Assembly: GCA_964019425.1 (NCBI GenBank)
Contig: OZ025799.1
Coordinates: forward strand, 744,001 to 808,000
DNA length: 64,000 bases
Source of the DNA: Flectonema sp. DT1601
Lineage: Eukaryota
Direction: 5' to 3'
Shown here: piece after piece, positions 10,563-21,482 of the stretch
Layout of the letters: every line of letters begins with the position of its first letter
Position numbering within the stretch: the first letter of the stretch is position 1
Program-made: the position numbers and the translations under genes
The notes under the pieces: generated by a model
What the model was told of the DNA's origin: nothing
What the model saw: only the letters and a program-made list of their open reading frames with translations
The model's database searches: none

Positions 10563-13527
10563 GATAACATCGGACTGAGGTGTGAAAAATGGTGTAAATA
10601 TTTAACTAATATAATAGACTACTACTACAGGTATCCCCCGCAGGTATCCCAAGCTAGATTTCATATTAGTGATTTTATGGATGAGAATTATTATTGATTA
10701 CTACTTTCGTTAATATGTTTTTTTTTTTTTTTTTTTAAAAAGAGCTACAAACTTGTTAGATAACAATAATGTTATCGTTGTTAACTCCATCCCCAAGAAG
10801 GGATAAACAGGCGATTGGAATAAAAGACTAACTCAGAGCGCTATCACAAAATGACACATTGGTGAGTGCAAGAAATCTGTCAGTATTACTGTGTGTGTTT
10901 CAACTAAGACTGTCGACGTCTTGGTTGGAATAGCATTTCTAAGTAGCTATATTACGAAAAAGTTTGAAATTCCTGTCGGAGTAATCTGTTTGATGTCTTC
11001 GAATGAGATAAAAGATAACAAAAGAAGTGTGACATTCGTGCGTATGTTTTGTTTAAGATAAAGGCGGCGGGATCGACAAATCGGCGGATATTTGTTTGCT
11101 TCCCACTCCGAGAACACACAGAGAAAACCAGCCGTACGGAGAGCGTTTATGTCAGATTCTATTCATTTGATATTCTTGAATGAATGCAGACGAGCTTTTG
11201 TGATTTGAGTTTCATTCTTAGTATCTACAGGCAGACCATGAGAAAACTTATTAAAAGTTACAGTCAATCGTCTTATTGTGATATTGTTGAGATATATATA
11301 AACCATTGAACAACATGTATTATAAATACCAGCTCATGTAGTGAAGCCATATGATTATTAGATTCCGAGTACTCAAATATTTATAGTAGTGAAGATACTA
11401 CAGTGTTGGTGTGTAAACCTTGAATGTGCCAGTTACGAGCTTAGTCGTTTTGTTTGTTTTTGTAGATAAAGAAGACCATTATATTGCTTATCGCTGATAC
11501 AGCAAACTGAAGAGCATCGGATAAACTCTAGAAAGAATAACGTAAATCTATCCCAATCTTTGTTAAGATTGTTATAGCTGTCGCTGACGGAACATCCTGA
11601 ACACTGTATGCCATTGTCAGTCTTCCGTCTTGTCCGAAGTGTTGTCAGAAGTTGAAGATGCGAGGATAAACAAAATAATAAAAGATGAATAATTCTTTCA
11701 TTTTTTTTGATTCGTTTACCAAAAAAAAAATGAAATATCATCCTATAGAATTAACTTATCCGAAAGGTTAAATTAAATATATAATCGAGATGTAAAAAAA
11801 ATAAAAGTTATAAAAACACATTGTCTGCTGTTCCATATAACACTACTTGTCCCCTTTAGGGTCTTCATCAGTAAGCAGTGAGCTAACTGATTACCACGCA
11901 GGTAAGTTAGTATTAGCAGGTTATCACAAATAAATAAATAATCAAAAAATTAATCAATACAGACTGAGAGCTGAATTTAAAAAAAAAAAAAGGTCTTTCC
12001 TCGGAACATTCCCCTTCTTTTCAGTAAAGGGACAACGTCAAGATGGTTATTTCTTTTACCATTTAACACAGGACACTCACATACTAACTACTGAGTGACT
12101 GCTGAGTTATGTTTATGAAGTGATAGTTTTTGATAGTAAATAAACTTTAAAATACTAAAAAATAAGTAATAAGGTTAAAACTGAAGAAAACAACGACAGA
12201 AGATTTTAGCTTTCTGAGTTATGGGGAGAGATGGATAATTAAAAAAGAAAGGGACGAACCAATAATAACATGTCCACTGAAGGCTAGTTAGAATATGAGT
12301 TTGTACAGCGGGGGTCTGAGTAGCCCGCGCCAGTAGAGGAGAAGATTAAAAAAAAAAAAAAAATATTCAATTCGATGAGAGGACGGGGAGTAATAATAAA
12401 AAAAAAATCCTTTTTTTTTGGATTCTATAAACAAAACCCTTTTTTCATGAAATAATCAAATGTGTTGTCGAATTCCCATACCGCGAAATAAAACAAAAAA
12501 TCTGGAACATTGCCAAGCAGTTCACCCTAATAATCAGGGCTTACTGAGGGCTATACAAAGAGACCACATGGATTGGGCAACACAAATGACTATATCAATC
12601 TATAAAGAATAGAATCAAAAAAGAAGTTCAAATGAGACAGTCAGTTTTGAGTCTTAACTGCTCCGGACCTGCAAGGTAACTCACCTCACCTGCGATAAAA
12701 CAACATAGGAAAGAAACGCATCTACGATCAATATAACCGTAGAAAAGATTAAAAAGATAGGATGGAAATAAAAGAACTTGAGAGTAGTTCAGTTGGCTGA
12801 ATATATTGACAACATGCATGCCACGGTAAACATTAAAACACATTCACGCCATAAGAAGGGTAGTAAAAAATTGAGGGAAACAAAACAGTAAAAGTCTTTC
12901 TTCACAATTCTTATTCTAAACACAATACTAAAACGGAAATAACTTTGACCGAATGCAACTGTATTATAATAAGGTTTTGTATGGGATTGAAAGATTTTAA
13001 AAATATACATCAGTCATTTTTTTGAAAAACGTTTAAAAAAAACCCCTGCAATGAAATCTAAGAATTTACATACACAAGGATCAGTAGTACCCAATCCACC
13101 AATCATTCACCGTATTCTCTTGTAACATGCAGCAGCTACTACTGTGCTTCTTGCAGTCTTGGAAACTATTTCCCGAAGCAATCCACAGACTATGGAGCAG
13201 GTGGAGGTGCAGTACACACAAGAAAGACCTAAAGTTTAAAACGTTTTTCAAAAAGTAACCGTATATATAAAAATCATAAAAAAAAGAGATTTGGAAAATG
13301 CACATCTCCAGAAAAAACGTGCTTTAAATGGTGCGCAAAGAGAGTTTATCTCCCCAACAATTTTGAAAAAAAATTTTCAAAAAAAAAGAAGCAAGAGAAA
13401 AAAGATGATTTTTTCTCATGTGTTGAAAGTTTTTTAGGACTCAAACAAGTTGAAGATGTAGCAGTGGCTATAATATAATGAAAAACTCAATTCTTCACAA
13501 CGTTTTCCATGTAGTGGCGCAGCAAGA

Positions 13528-13558
<31 letters not shown>

Positions 13559-13707
13559 TGTTTCCCAACAGAGATATGAAAAATAAGTATATACAGGAGA
13601 GATAACTGCTTGCCCTCAACTTCATAGTTTCAATGTCAACATATCAAAACAAGAACACACGCTGAAAACAATAAAGAACTAAAAGGCATTATCTCTGTGT
13701 TAGTATC

Positions 13708-15180
13708 CTACTCTGATTTCTTTAATTCAGATTGAGGTCCATCGAACAGTAACTTAACAGCGAAGGGAATTGAAGCCATCGCTACCTTCTGAATAACTTG
13801 TTCAACTACTACATCAGAATCGTAGAACATAAATGAAACAGTCAGAAGGCGAATAATCTCAAAACAAAGACCGATGGTCCTGTAATTTTTGTCGTATGCG
13901 AGTCCATGAGCGAGAAGTGTTGTCCAAACAAGGAGAGCATGTCTCATACAGATGTCTGGAATTAGCACAGTCGTCACCATTGATGCGACAGCCAACTGAG
14001 TTTGAACAACTCCGTAGACGGCCATAAAGTAACTTTCAATTTCGTAACCTCGTAAACGAAGAACAGATGACTCTTTTGGCAGCTGACGAGGTCTGACACA
14101 TGAGTTCCATCCGGGACCTCTAATTGAGATTCCAACACTCCACCACTGCTTAACTAAATTAACCCATCCAAATGATTGATGAACAGATTCTGAAATAGTT
14201 GTTGGGAATGCTGAAGTTCCATAATAACATACTTCGTCTTCAAGTTCTACGACTTCATTCTTGTTATCAGATCCCAGAAATCCGCTATCATATCCTTCGT
14301 CTGCGAAGGTACCGAACATGATATCCCAAATCATAAAAACACCTCCAAAGTTCTTATGAACTCTTCTATCATGATGAATTCGATGGGCAGAAGGAGTGCC
14401 TATGATATATTCAAGAAATCCAAGACGTCTAATGTGACAAGTGTGAACCCAAAACTGATATAAGAAATCAAATTGCGAAACACTTAATTGAACCAGAGGA
14501 GGAATTCCAATAATCGCAGATGGTAAAAACCAAATCCAAGAAGTACATGCTTGCCACCATGACTGACGAAGAGCTGTTGATAAATTATAAGTATCGCTAC
14601 TATGATGAACATTATGACCTGACCATAAGAACGAGATTGTGTGCATTTGTCTGTGAGCCCAGTAGTATTGTAAATCAAACACAAACAGTGCGAACACGTA
14701 AAGAAGAATTGGATTCCAAGACTCATAGAAACCCTCAGGAACAATAAGTGTGGAAACTCGATTAAAGCAATAGGTGTAGGATGCATTTTGGATTACGTAA
14801 ATCTGTTTAGTTTGGATTTTTGTTTTCCTCCCGTTCCTCAGTGTATTTTATAAAGGTGAAAAATAAGAACGCTAACAAACCTTTAAGACCGGTCTCAAAG
14901 ATTGCTCTGTCAAACCAGAAGCAACATTACACCATGTTTCTAAATATGAGTACTGCGCAGCTTTGTGAGGAAATTTGCTTTTCCACGTGAGTCCCATCTC
15001 AAGCAATGTGAGCACGAGAAACATCGGAACACCAGCAGTAATGATCTGAGGTCCTCCTGTTGGTCCAGGAGGAAGAACATAGCATGCCACGTACAGAGTG
15101 AAGACATAGCTCACAATGACTACCAATAACAAGATAGTACTTGTGTTAGGAGGCTGGTTTTTAAATTTTATTTCCGTCAT
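13708..15180 (-). CDS. AGMO: Alkylglycerol monooxygenase-like fatty acid hydroxylase, copy 1 (exons 15180-14881, 14802-13708; 464 aa)
   Basis: His boxes YYWAHRQMH, GHNVHHSSDTYNLSTALRQS, YQFWVHT and PSAHRIHH. A phase-0 intron 14880-14803 (GTTTGT...CTAAACAG, 78 nt) joins two track ORFs in frame. Confidence 0.8.
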
Positions 15181-16268
15181 TTGATGTAAAAAGTTTACTG
15201 AAAGAGATTGAAAGATAATATTTAAAAATAACTAACTGCTCGATTTTGTTTGCATAAATATGACAATAAAAATAATAATAATAACTTATTATAAGAGAAA
15301 AAAATAAAATAGCTTCGAACGTGCAACTATTCCAGAAAGGCACGCAATCATCACCTTAAGTGGTGAATGCAAGAGAGTTTATCTCCCAGCGAATACTGAA
15401 AATCACGATTTTTTTTTTTTTTTTAATAAACGATGTCATTAAAAAAAAAAAAAAAAAAAGAAACATCGAAAAAAAAAGGGAAAAAAACGAGGTAACATTT
15501 TTTTCTCAAAGATTGGAATTTGATTAGCTGTTTTTTGAGATTGAAACAAAAATTGAAAAGACACATTTTACACGGAGCTCATATCTTTTTTTTTTTTTTT
15601 TCAAATCCGTTTTTCAGCAATAGCTTTCCATATGAAACCGTGTGCGTTAGCTAACGAGTTCAACATGCCACCGAGTACTTTCTGGGGATCCCAAAATTAC
15701 GGAGGTATACAGAACCTAATCCCTGAAAGGATTATATTGTTAGCTTCGACACAGGGTTAGTAAAACACATAAAAACAGAAGCAAAAAGAATTTTTCATCG
15801 GTGAAGCATTTTTTTCAACACAACACAAAATATGAAAAACAAGTATAAGGGGGGAAATTGGAACGCTCCACAAGGACGTTTCCTCAAACTTTTGTGTGGA
15901 CGTGGATTTTCCTTAAATAAAAAACGTAGTCGGAGAAAAAAAAACTATTCAGATCGAAAGCCGATATTTCATATTCCGTGCGACAAGGATTCCGTCTACG
16001 TTTGAGGGAATACAAGACTAATCGCAATGAATATGAGAAGTCGGAGCAATACAAGATCGCACTTCGTCAGTTTAGGAGGGGTGAAAAAAAAAGAACTTTC
16101 TGATTGGCGGGGAATGTACTCAAGGAGAGACAAAAGTAACACGTATTGCGGAAAGATAACTAATTTATCACCGGGGAGCTTGCCATAGTTTCAATGTCAA
16201 CATATCAAAACAAGAACACACGCTGAAAACAATAAAGAACTAAAAGGCATTATCTCTGTGTTAGTATC

Positions 16269-17743
16269 CTACTCTGATTTCTTTAATTCAGATTGAGGTC
16301 CATCGAACAGTAACTTAACAGCGAAGGGAATTGAAGCCATCGCTACCTTCTGAATAACTTGTTCAACTACTACATCAGAATCGTAGAACATAAATGAAAC
16401 AGTCAGAAGGCGAATAATCTCAAAACAAAGACCGATAGTCCTGTAGTTTCTGTCGTATGCGAGTCCATGAGCGAGAAGTGTTGTCCAAACAAGGAGAGCA
16501 TGTCTCATACAGATGTCTGGAATTAGCACAGTCGTCACCATTGATGCGACAGCTAACTGAGTTTGAACAACTCCGTAGACGGCCATAAAGTAACTTTCAA
16601 TTTCGTAACCTCGCATGCGAGGAGCAGATGACTCTTTTGGCAGCTGACGAGGTCTGACACATGAGTTCCATCCGGGACCTCTAATTGAGATTCCAACACT
16701 CCACCACTGCTTAACTAAATTAACCCATCCAAATGATTGATGAACAGATTCTGAAATAGTTGTTGGGAATGCTGAAGTTCCATAATAACATACTTCGTCT
16801 TCAAGTTCTACGACTTCATTCTTGTTATCAGATCCCAGAAATCCGCTATCATATCCTTCGTCTGCGAAGGTACCAAATATGATATCCCAGATAATAAAAA
16901 CACCTCCAAAGTTCTTATGAACTCTTCTATCATGATGGATTCGATGGGCAGAAGGAGTACTTATAATGTATTCAAGAAATCCAAGACGTCTAACGTGACA
17001 AGTGTGAACCCAAAACTGATATAAAATATCAAATTGCGAAACACTTAATTGAACCAGAGGAGGAATTCCAATAATCGCAGATGGTAAAAACCAAATCCAA
17101 GAAGTACATGCTTGCCACCATGACTGACGAAGAGCTGTTGATAAATTATAAGTATCGCTACTATGATGAACATTATGACCTGACCATAAGAACGAGATTG
17201 TGTGCATTTGTCTGTGAGCCCAGTAGTATTGTAAATCAAACACAAACAGTGCGAACACGTAAAGAAGAATTGGATTCCAAGACTCATAGAAACCCTCAGG
17301 AACAATAAGTGTGGAAACTTTATTGAAGAAATAGGTGTAGGCTGCATTTTGGATAACGTAAATCTGTTTGGTATGTTTTTTTTTTTTTTTCCCCCTCACT
17401 GTCAACAAAGCATTTTAGGCGAAAAATAAGAACGCTAACAAACCTTTAAGACCGGTCTCAAAGATTGCTCTGTCAAACCACAAGCAACATTACACCATGT
17501 TTCTAAATATGAGTACTGCGCAGCTTTGTGAGGAAATTTGCTTTTCCACGTGAGTCCCATCTCAAGCCACTGAAGTACGAGAAACATCGGAACACCAGCA
17601 GTAATGATTTGTGGAGCTCCTGTTGGTCCAGGAGGAAGAACAAAGCATGCCACGTACAGAGTGAAGACATAGCTCACAATAATTCCTAATAACAAGATAG
17701 TACTCGTATTAGGAGGCTGGTTTTTAAATTTTATTTCCGTCAT
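16269..17743 (-). CDS. AGMO: Alkylglycerol monooxygenase-like fatty acid hydroxylase, copy 2 (exons 17743-17444, 17363-16269; 464 aa)
   Basis: Near-identical paralog with an intron at the same position, 17443-17364 (GTTTGT...CAAACAG, 80 nt). Confidence 0.8.
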
Positions 17744-18122
17744 TGCTGTTAACGCTTACTGAGAAGATAAGAATAATATTTAAAAATAACTAACTGTTAC
17801 CAGCTAGGCCCACAGCAAGAACACTGATTCCAATACTCAGCTGCCTGTGTAGAAAATAATAATAACCATCAGCATGCAATAAATATAAATACAATATTTA
17901 AAAAAAAAAAACATTAATTAGATCTTATTGACGATTAATACAACTTAATGTAAGCTGCGTATTATCGAGAACGGAGGGGAGCTTAGAACTTAAAATATAA
18001 ACAAGAATAGGGAAAAGGGAGAGTCTATTCAGTGCGAGTCCACTCATTAGTGACAATGATGTTTGTGTGAATGGTCTTCTTTGTTTTTAAACAAGTATAA
18101 TTATAAAAGACAATCCATCACT

Positions 18123-18144
18123 CCCCCCCCCCCCCCCCCCCCCC
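18123..18144. repeat. C22 homopolymer (G22 on the mRNA strand, IFT46 3' flank)
   Basis: Read directly from the sequence. Confidence 0.95.
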
Positions 18145-18205
18145 AAAATTGCTGTTTACTTCCACGTTGTATAAATGTATGCCATCACTTACACATCTCT
18201 GACTA

Positions 18206-19850
18206 CTACAGGGGGAGACTTGAAAATGCTCCTCCTTGAAAATGAGGATTTGCTTTGAATTCTGAATACAACGAAAGTAAAACATGAACCGACTCAACAA
18301 GATTAGAATAGCAAGGAATGTCAAGTAAAGTACAAACAACTCTAACGTATTGTAAGAGGTCGAGTTCTATCTTTGCAGGAGGGAGCGTTAAGCTTTTAGA
18401 CAGCAAGTCTTCAAAATCAGCTGGCCAAACTTGAAGCAAAACTTCCAAATCAGGCATCACTTTTGAATAGTTAACTTGTGGACGAGGTTTTGATTGATGA
18501 AGGTCCTGCATATCAACTATCCATTTATCAATTACTTTACCTCTAGTGTGAGCTTGTTCAACTCTAGCAACAGTTTGTTCAGCAACTTTTCTTTTTGTTT
18601 GATAAGCCAGTCCTAATGCGACAACAGAACCATTACTTTGATTAGATCCTGGTTCATCAAGTAGAGTCAGACCTAAACTATCAGTTTTTCCATCAGGTCT
18701 CGGAACCTTTACAAATCCATCAATATCACCTATAGCTGGTATGTAGTCAGGAATGAAGGGATGAAGCTTTGGTTCAACCTCAACCTCATGTGCTTTGTAC
18801 ACAGTTATAAACTGAAATAGATCTTTAACTTCTTTTGAAACTTTCATATAGTCGTACTCAGTTGGATCGTATAAACCTTTTTGTTCTTTGTTAGGTGATG
18901 CGTCTGTTGCGTCATCGTCGTCAGATGAGGAGTCCTGTTTGTTTAGAGTAATGGAGTAGTTGTATTAGACAAGCTAATTTAAATAATAAATGACATACAT
19001 CACCACCTCCTGAAAGTGCTTCAAGTTTTGTATTTCCATGCGGTTTAGGAGGTGAGTTAACTGGAGATAATGAAGTTGTGAGACCGACAGGTTTACTTTC
19101 TAATTTGTCAGTTGAATCGATTGACGCAGCGTCATCAACTCCGAAGGCCTCATCGTGTGTGTCATCTTTGAGAGCTTCTCCCTTGGCTCCGAGTGGTGAT
19201 TTATTTATGTTATGTTGTGGAGGTGTTTTGATATGTCTTGTATCATCAACACCAAACTCTTCATCATGAGCTTGATCTTTTAATACATCAGTATCCATTC
19301 CTGCTTGCCTTTGAGTTGGTGTTGTGACGTGTTCTCCTCCTTCAACAGAAAATTCAGCATCATGAGCCTCGTCTTTTAAGTCGTTTCCGTCACTGAGTTC
19401 TTTTCTCGTACTCTGCGGGGGTGTTTTTATTTCTTCTGCTCCTGATACTTCCAGAGCTTCGTCGTGAGATTCGTTAACAAGTTGAGTCATTTTAGATTCT
19501 GCTTCTCGCTTTGCTTCTTCTTTCATAAGCATTTCTTCTTTTTCAAGTCTTTCTTCTTCAGCTGCGATGTCTAACATTTCTTGTTTAGCGACGGCTTCTT
19601 CTTTTGTTAGTCGATTGTCTTCTTCTGACTCTTCTTCTTCTTCAGATTCTTCTTCCTCATCTTCTTCTTCTTCGTCCTCTTCGGACTCCTCTTCCTCGTC
19701 TTCTTCACTCTCCTCAGTCAAATCCTCTTCGGACTGACTGTCTTCTTCTTTAGGCATTACTTGTGTATGGTTTCTGTTTGACAATCAAAAGTGTGTTGTT
19801 ATAAAAAATCAACAAAAGGAGTCTTTGTGGTGTTACGGCAGTTGAGACAT
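18206..19850 (-). CDS. IFT46: Intraflagellar transport protein 46 with long acidic, repeat-containing N-terminus (exons 19850-19837 [tentative], 19773-18999, 18934-18206)
   Basis: C-terminal domain YDPTEYDYMKVSKEVKDLFQFI...PFIPDYIPAIGDIDGFVKVPRPDG...LGLTLLDEP. A phase-0 intron 18998-18935 (GTATGT...CTAAACAAACAG) fuses track ORFs 18921-19784 and 18206-18847. A tentative 14-nt first exon with intron 19836-19774 gives MSQLPNHTQVMPK. Confidence 0.88.
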
Positions 19851-20078
19851 TTTAGTATTCTGTTTTAACAAATCGAATAATAACAATCATCTCCGTCGGG
19901 AAGATAAAATTACTTTTTCTCGTTTACACTTCAATGGCAAGGGGAAGGGAGGGAATGCAGGAATAACAAAGCGATTAAACGAATGCTTCCCAACAGAGAT
20001 TTTTTGAGAGTAAAGCGCCATCAGTGTCATGTCAGATTTGCAAAGATAAATTGTATCGGTGCGATCAACAAAAAGTAA

Positions 20079-21018
20079 TTATATTTTGAAAGGTCCACAA
20101 GTATGACCATTTCTAAATTCACTTGGGATGTATGAATCGTCGTTTAGTTTAATAATTCCGAGCATACGAGAACCAGTTTCCGGGTGAAACTTAAAATCAA
20201 ACACATCAATACCAGAATTACAAGTTGGGAAATTCAGTTCTTGTGAAGGAGCAGCACGTCCTCCAGTACACAAAAGACGTTTGACTCTATCGTGAATCAA
20301 TCCATGAGTAATAACTAAAATACCTTTATTGGCGTCGTTGACTCCATTTGATCTCTGAGTCATTTTATCTTCAACAACTGACCACAACCATTCAACTAAT
20401 TCTTTGGCTCTTTCTTCTGTCGATGCCATCGTCTCTCTTGGTCTGGAGTTGTACCACCCACCATCAGGTCCATAGCTACCAAGATCGTCCATGTTCTTTA
20501 CTTTACCGTTTAGCATCGCGTTGATTTTCTGTTTTGGTAGTCCGTATACTTTTCTTTGGTCAGGTTCTCCAGTGCGAGAGCCTTCGAAGAGTCCTCCCTC
20601 TTCGTATAATCTTTCATTTAAATAATGGTCGATATCTAGATTTTGAGCCTCAGCGGTACGTACCGCACGAAGCATTGGAGATAGGTGAACCTCTTCGATC
20701 TTCTGCCATTCAGGTACTTCGGTAGACTCGTTTATTTTTTGGAAGAACTGTCCAGCTAATGCTGCCTGTTGGATTCCCTTATCTGTTACAGAAGGGTCGG
20801 CTACTCTGCCAGCCTTTGTTGGTCCGCTTCGCTCGTCATTGTGAAGCTGTCCTGCATTGTTTGCCGACTGTGTTTAGTTTTTTTTTTTTTTTTTTTTTGA
20901 ATCCACCTCCCATAAGAGCATTACATACCATCGCATGCCTTACGAAATAGAACCGCACAGGATGTAGAGATCTTAGCTGCACATCGTCTAGCTTCTTTTT
21001 GTCTTCCGGTGTGGCCAT
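20079..21018 (-). CDS. Histidine phosphatase / phosphoglycerate mutase superfamily protein (exons 21018-20929, 20867-20079; 292 aa)
   Basis: Splicing intron 20928-20868 (GTATGT...CTAAACACAG, 61 nt) gives FYFVRHAM-SANNAG...DPSVTDKGIQQA...HLSPMLRAVRTA...VITHG, the RHx / SPxxRA / THG signature. Confidence 0.85.
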
Positions 21019-21482
21019 ATTTTAACTTGTCGTCACTGTATTATTAATATACACTTTAATGAAATTTCTTTTTCCGCAACAAGAAAATCAACAATAATAA
21101 TTTCAAGTTGAGACAGAGATCAATCAGAAAAAAACTTAGAAAAGTCTTTTCTTTGCAAGACCAGCAACACGCAGGGAGAGAGAGGGTTTAGTACCCAATA
21201 CTGAAATTGAGTACTTTTGTAAATAAAACAAAAAAAAAGAATCGGCAAACTTCACTTTTTTACTTACTCACTCACACTTTTATTTTGTTTGTGCGCAATC
21301 GGTACAAAATCCTAATAAAGGAATAGGTTAGTTACGCTGCCACAATTCTCTTTCTACCGAACAACGGGTTTGTAGGTACAAAAAAAAAAAACAATAATAA
21401 AGACGACACCAGGAAGAATGTTAATTCAACAGTGGGATACTACGTCATGAAAAGAAAAAGAAAAATAGTGTCTCCAGAATCA

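Larger units (their letters stand above)
13300..17796. repeat. Tandem duplication containing the two AGMO-like genes
   Basis: Near-identity starts at 13623 vs 16184 (catagtttcaatgtcaac). Shared upstream block ataatatttaaaaataactaactg at ~15215 and ~17773. Diverged distal blocks such as agagagtttatctccc at ~13339 and ~15372. Confidence 0.85.

Noticed and set aside
14697..21018. Split ORFs of AGMO, IFT46 and the phosphatase as pseudogenes, frameshifts or stop-codon reassignment
   Set aside because: Each break is explained by a canonical in-frame GT-AG intron.
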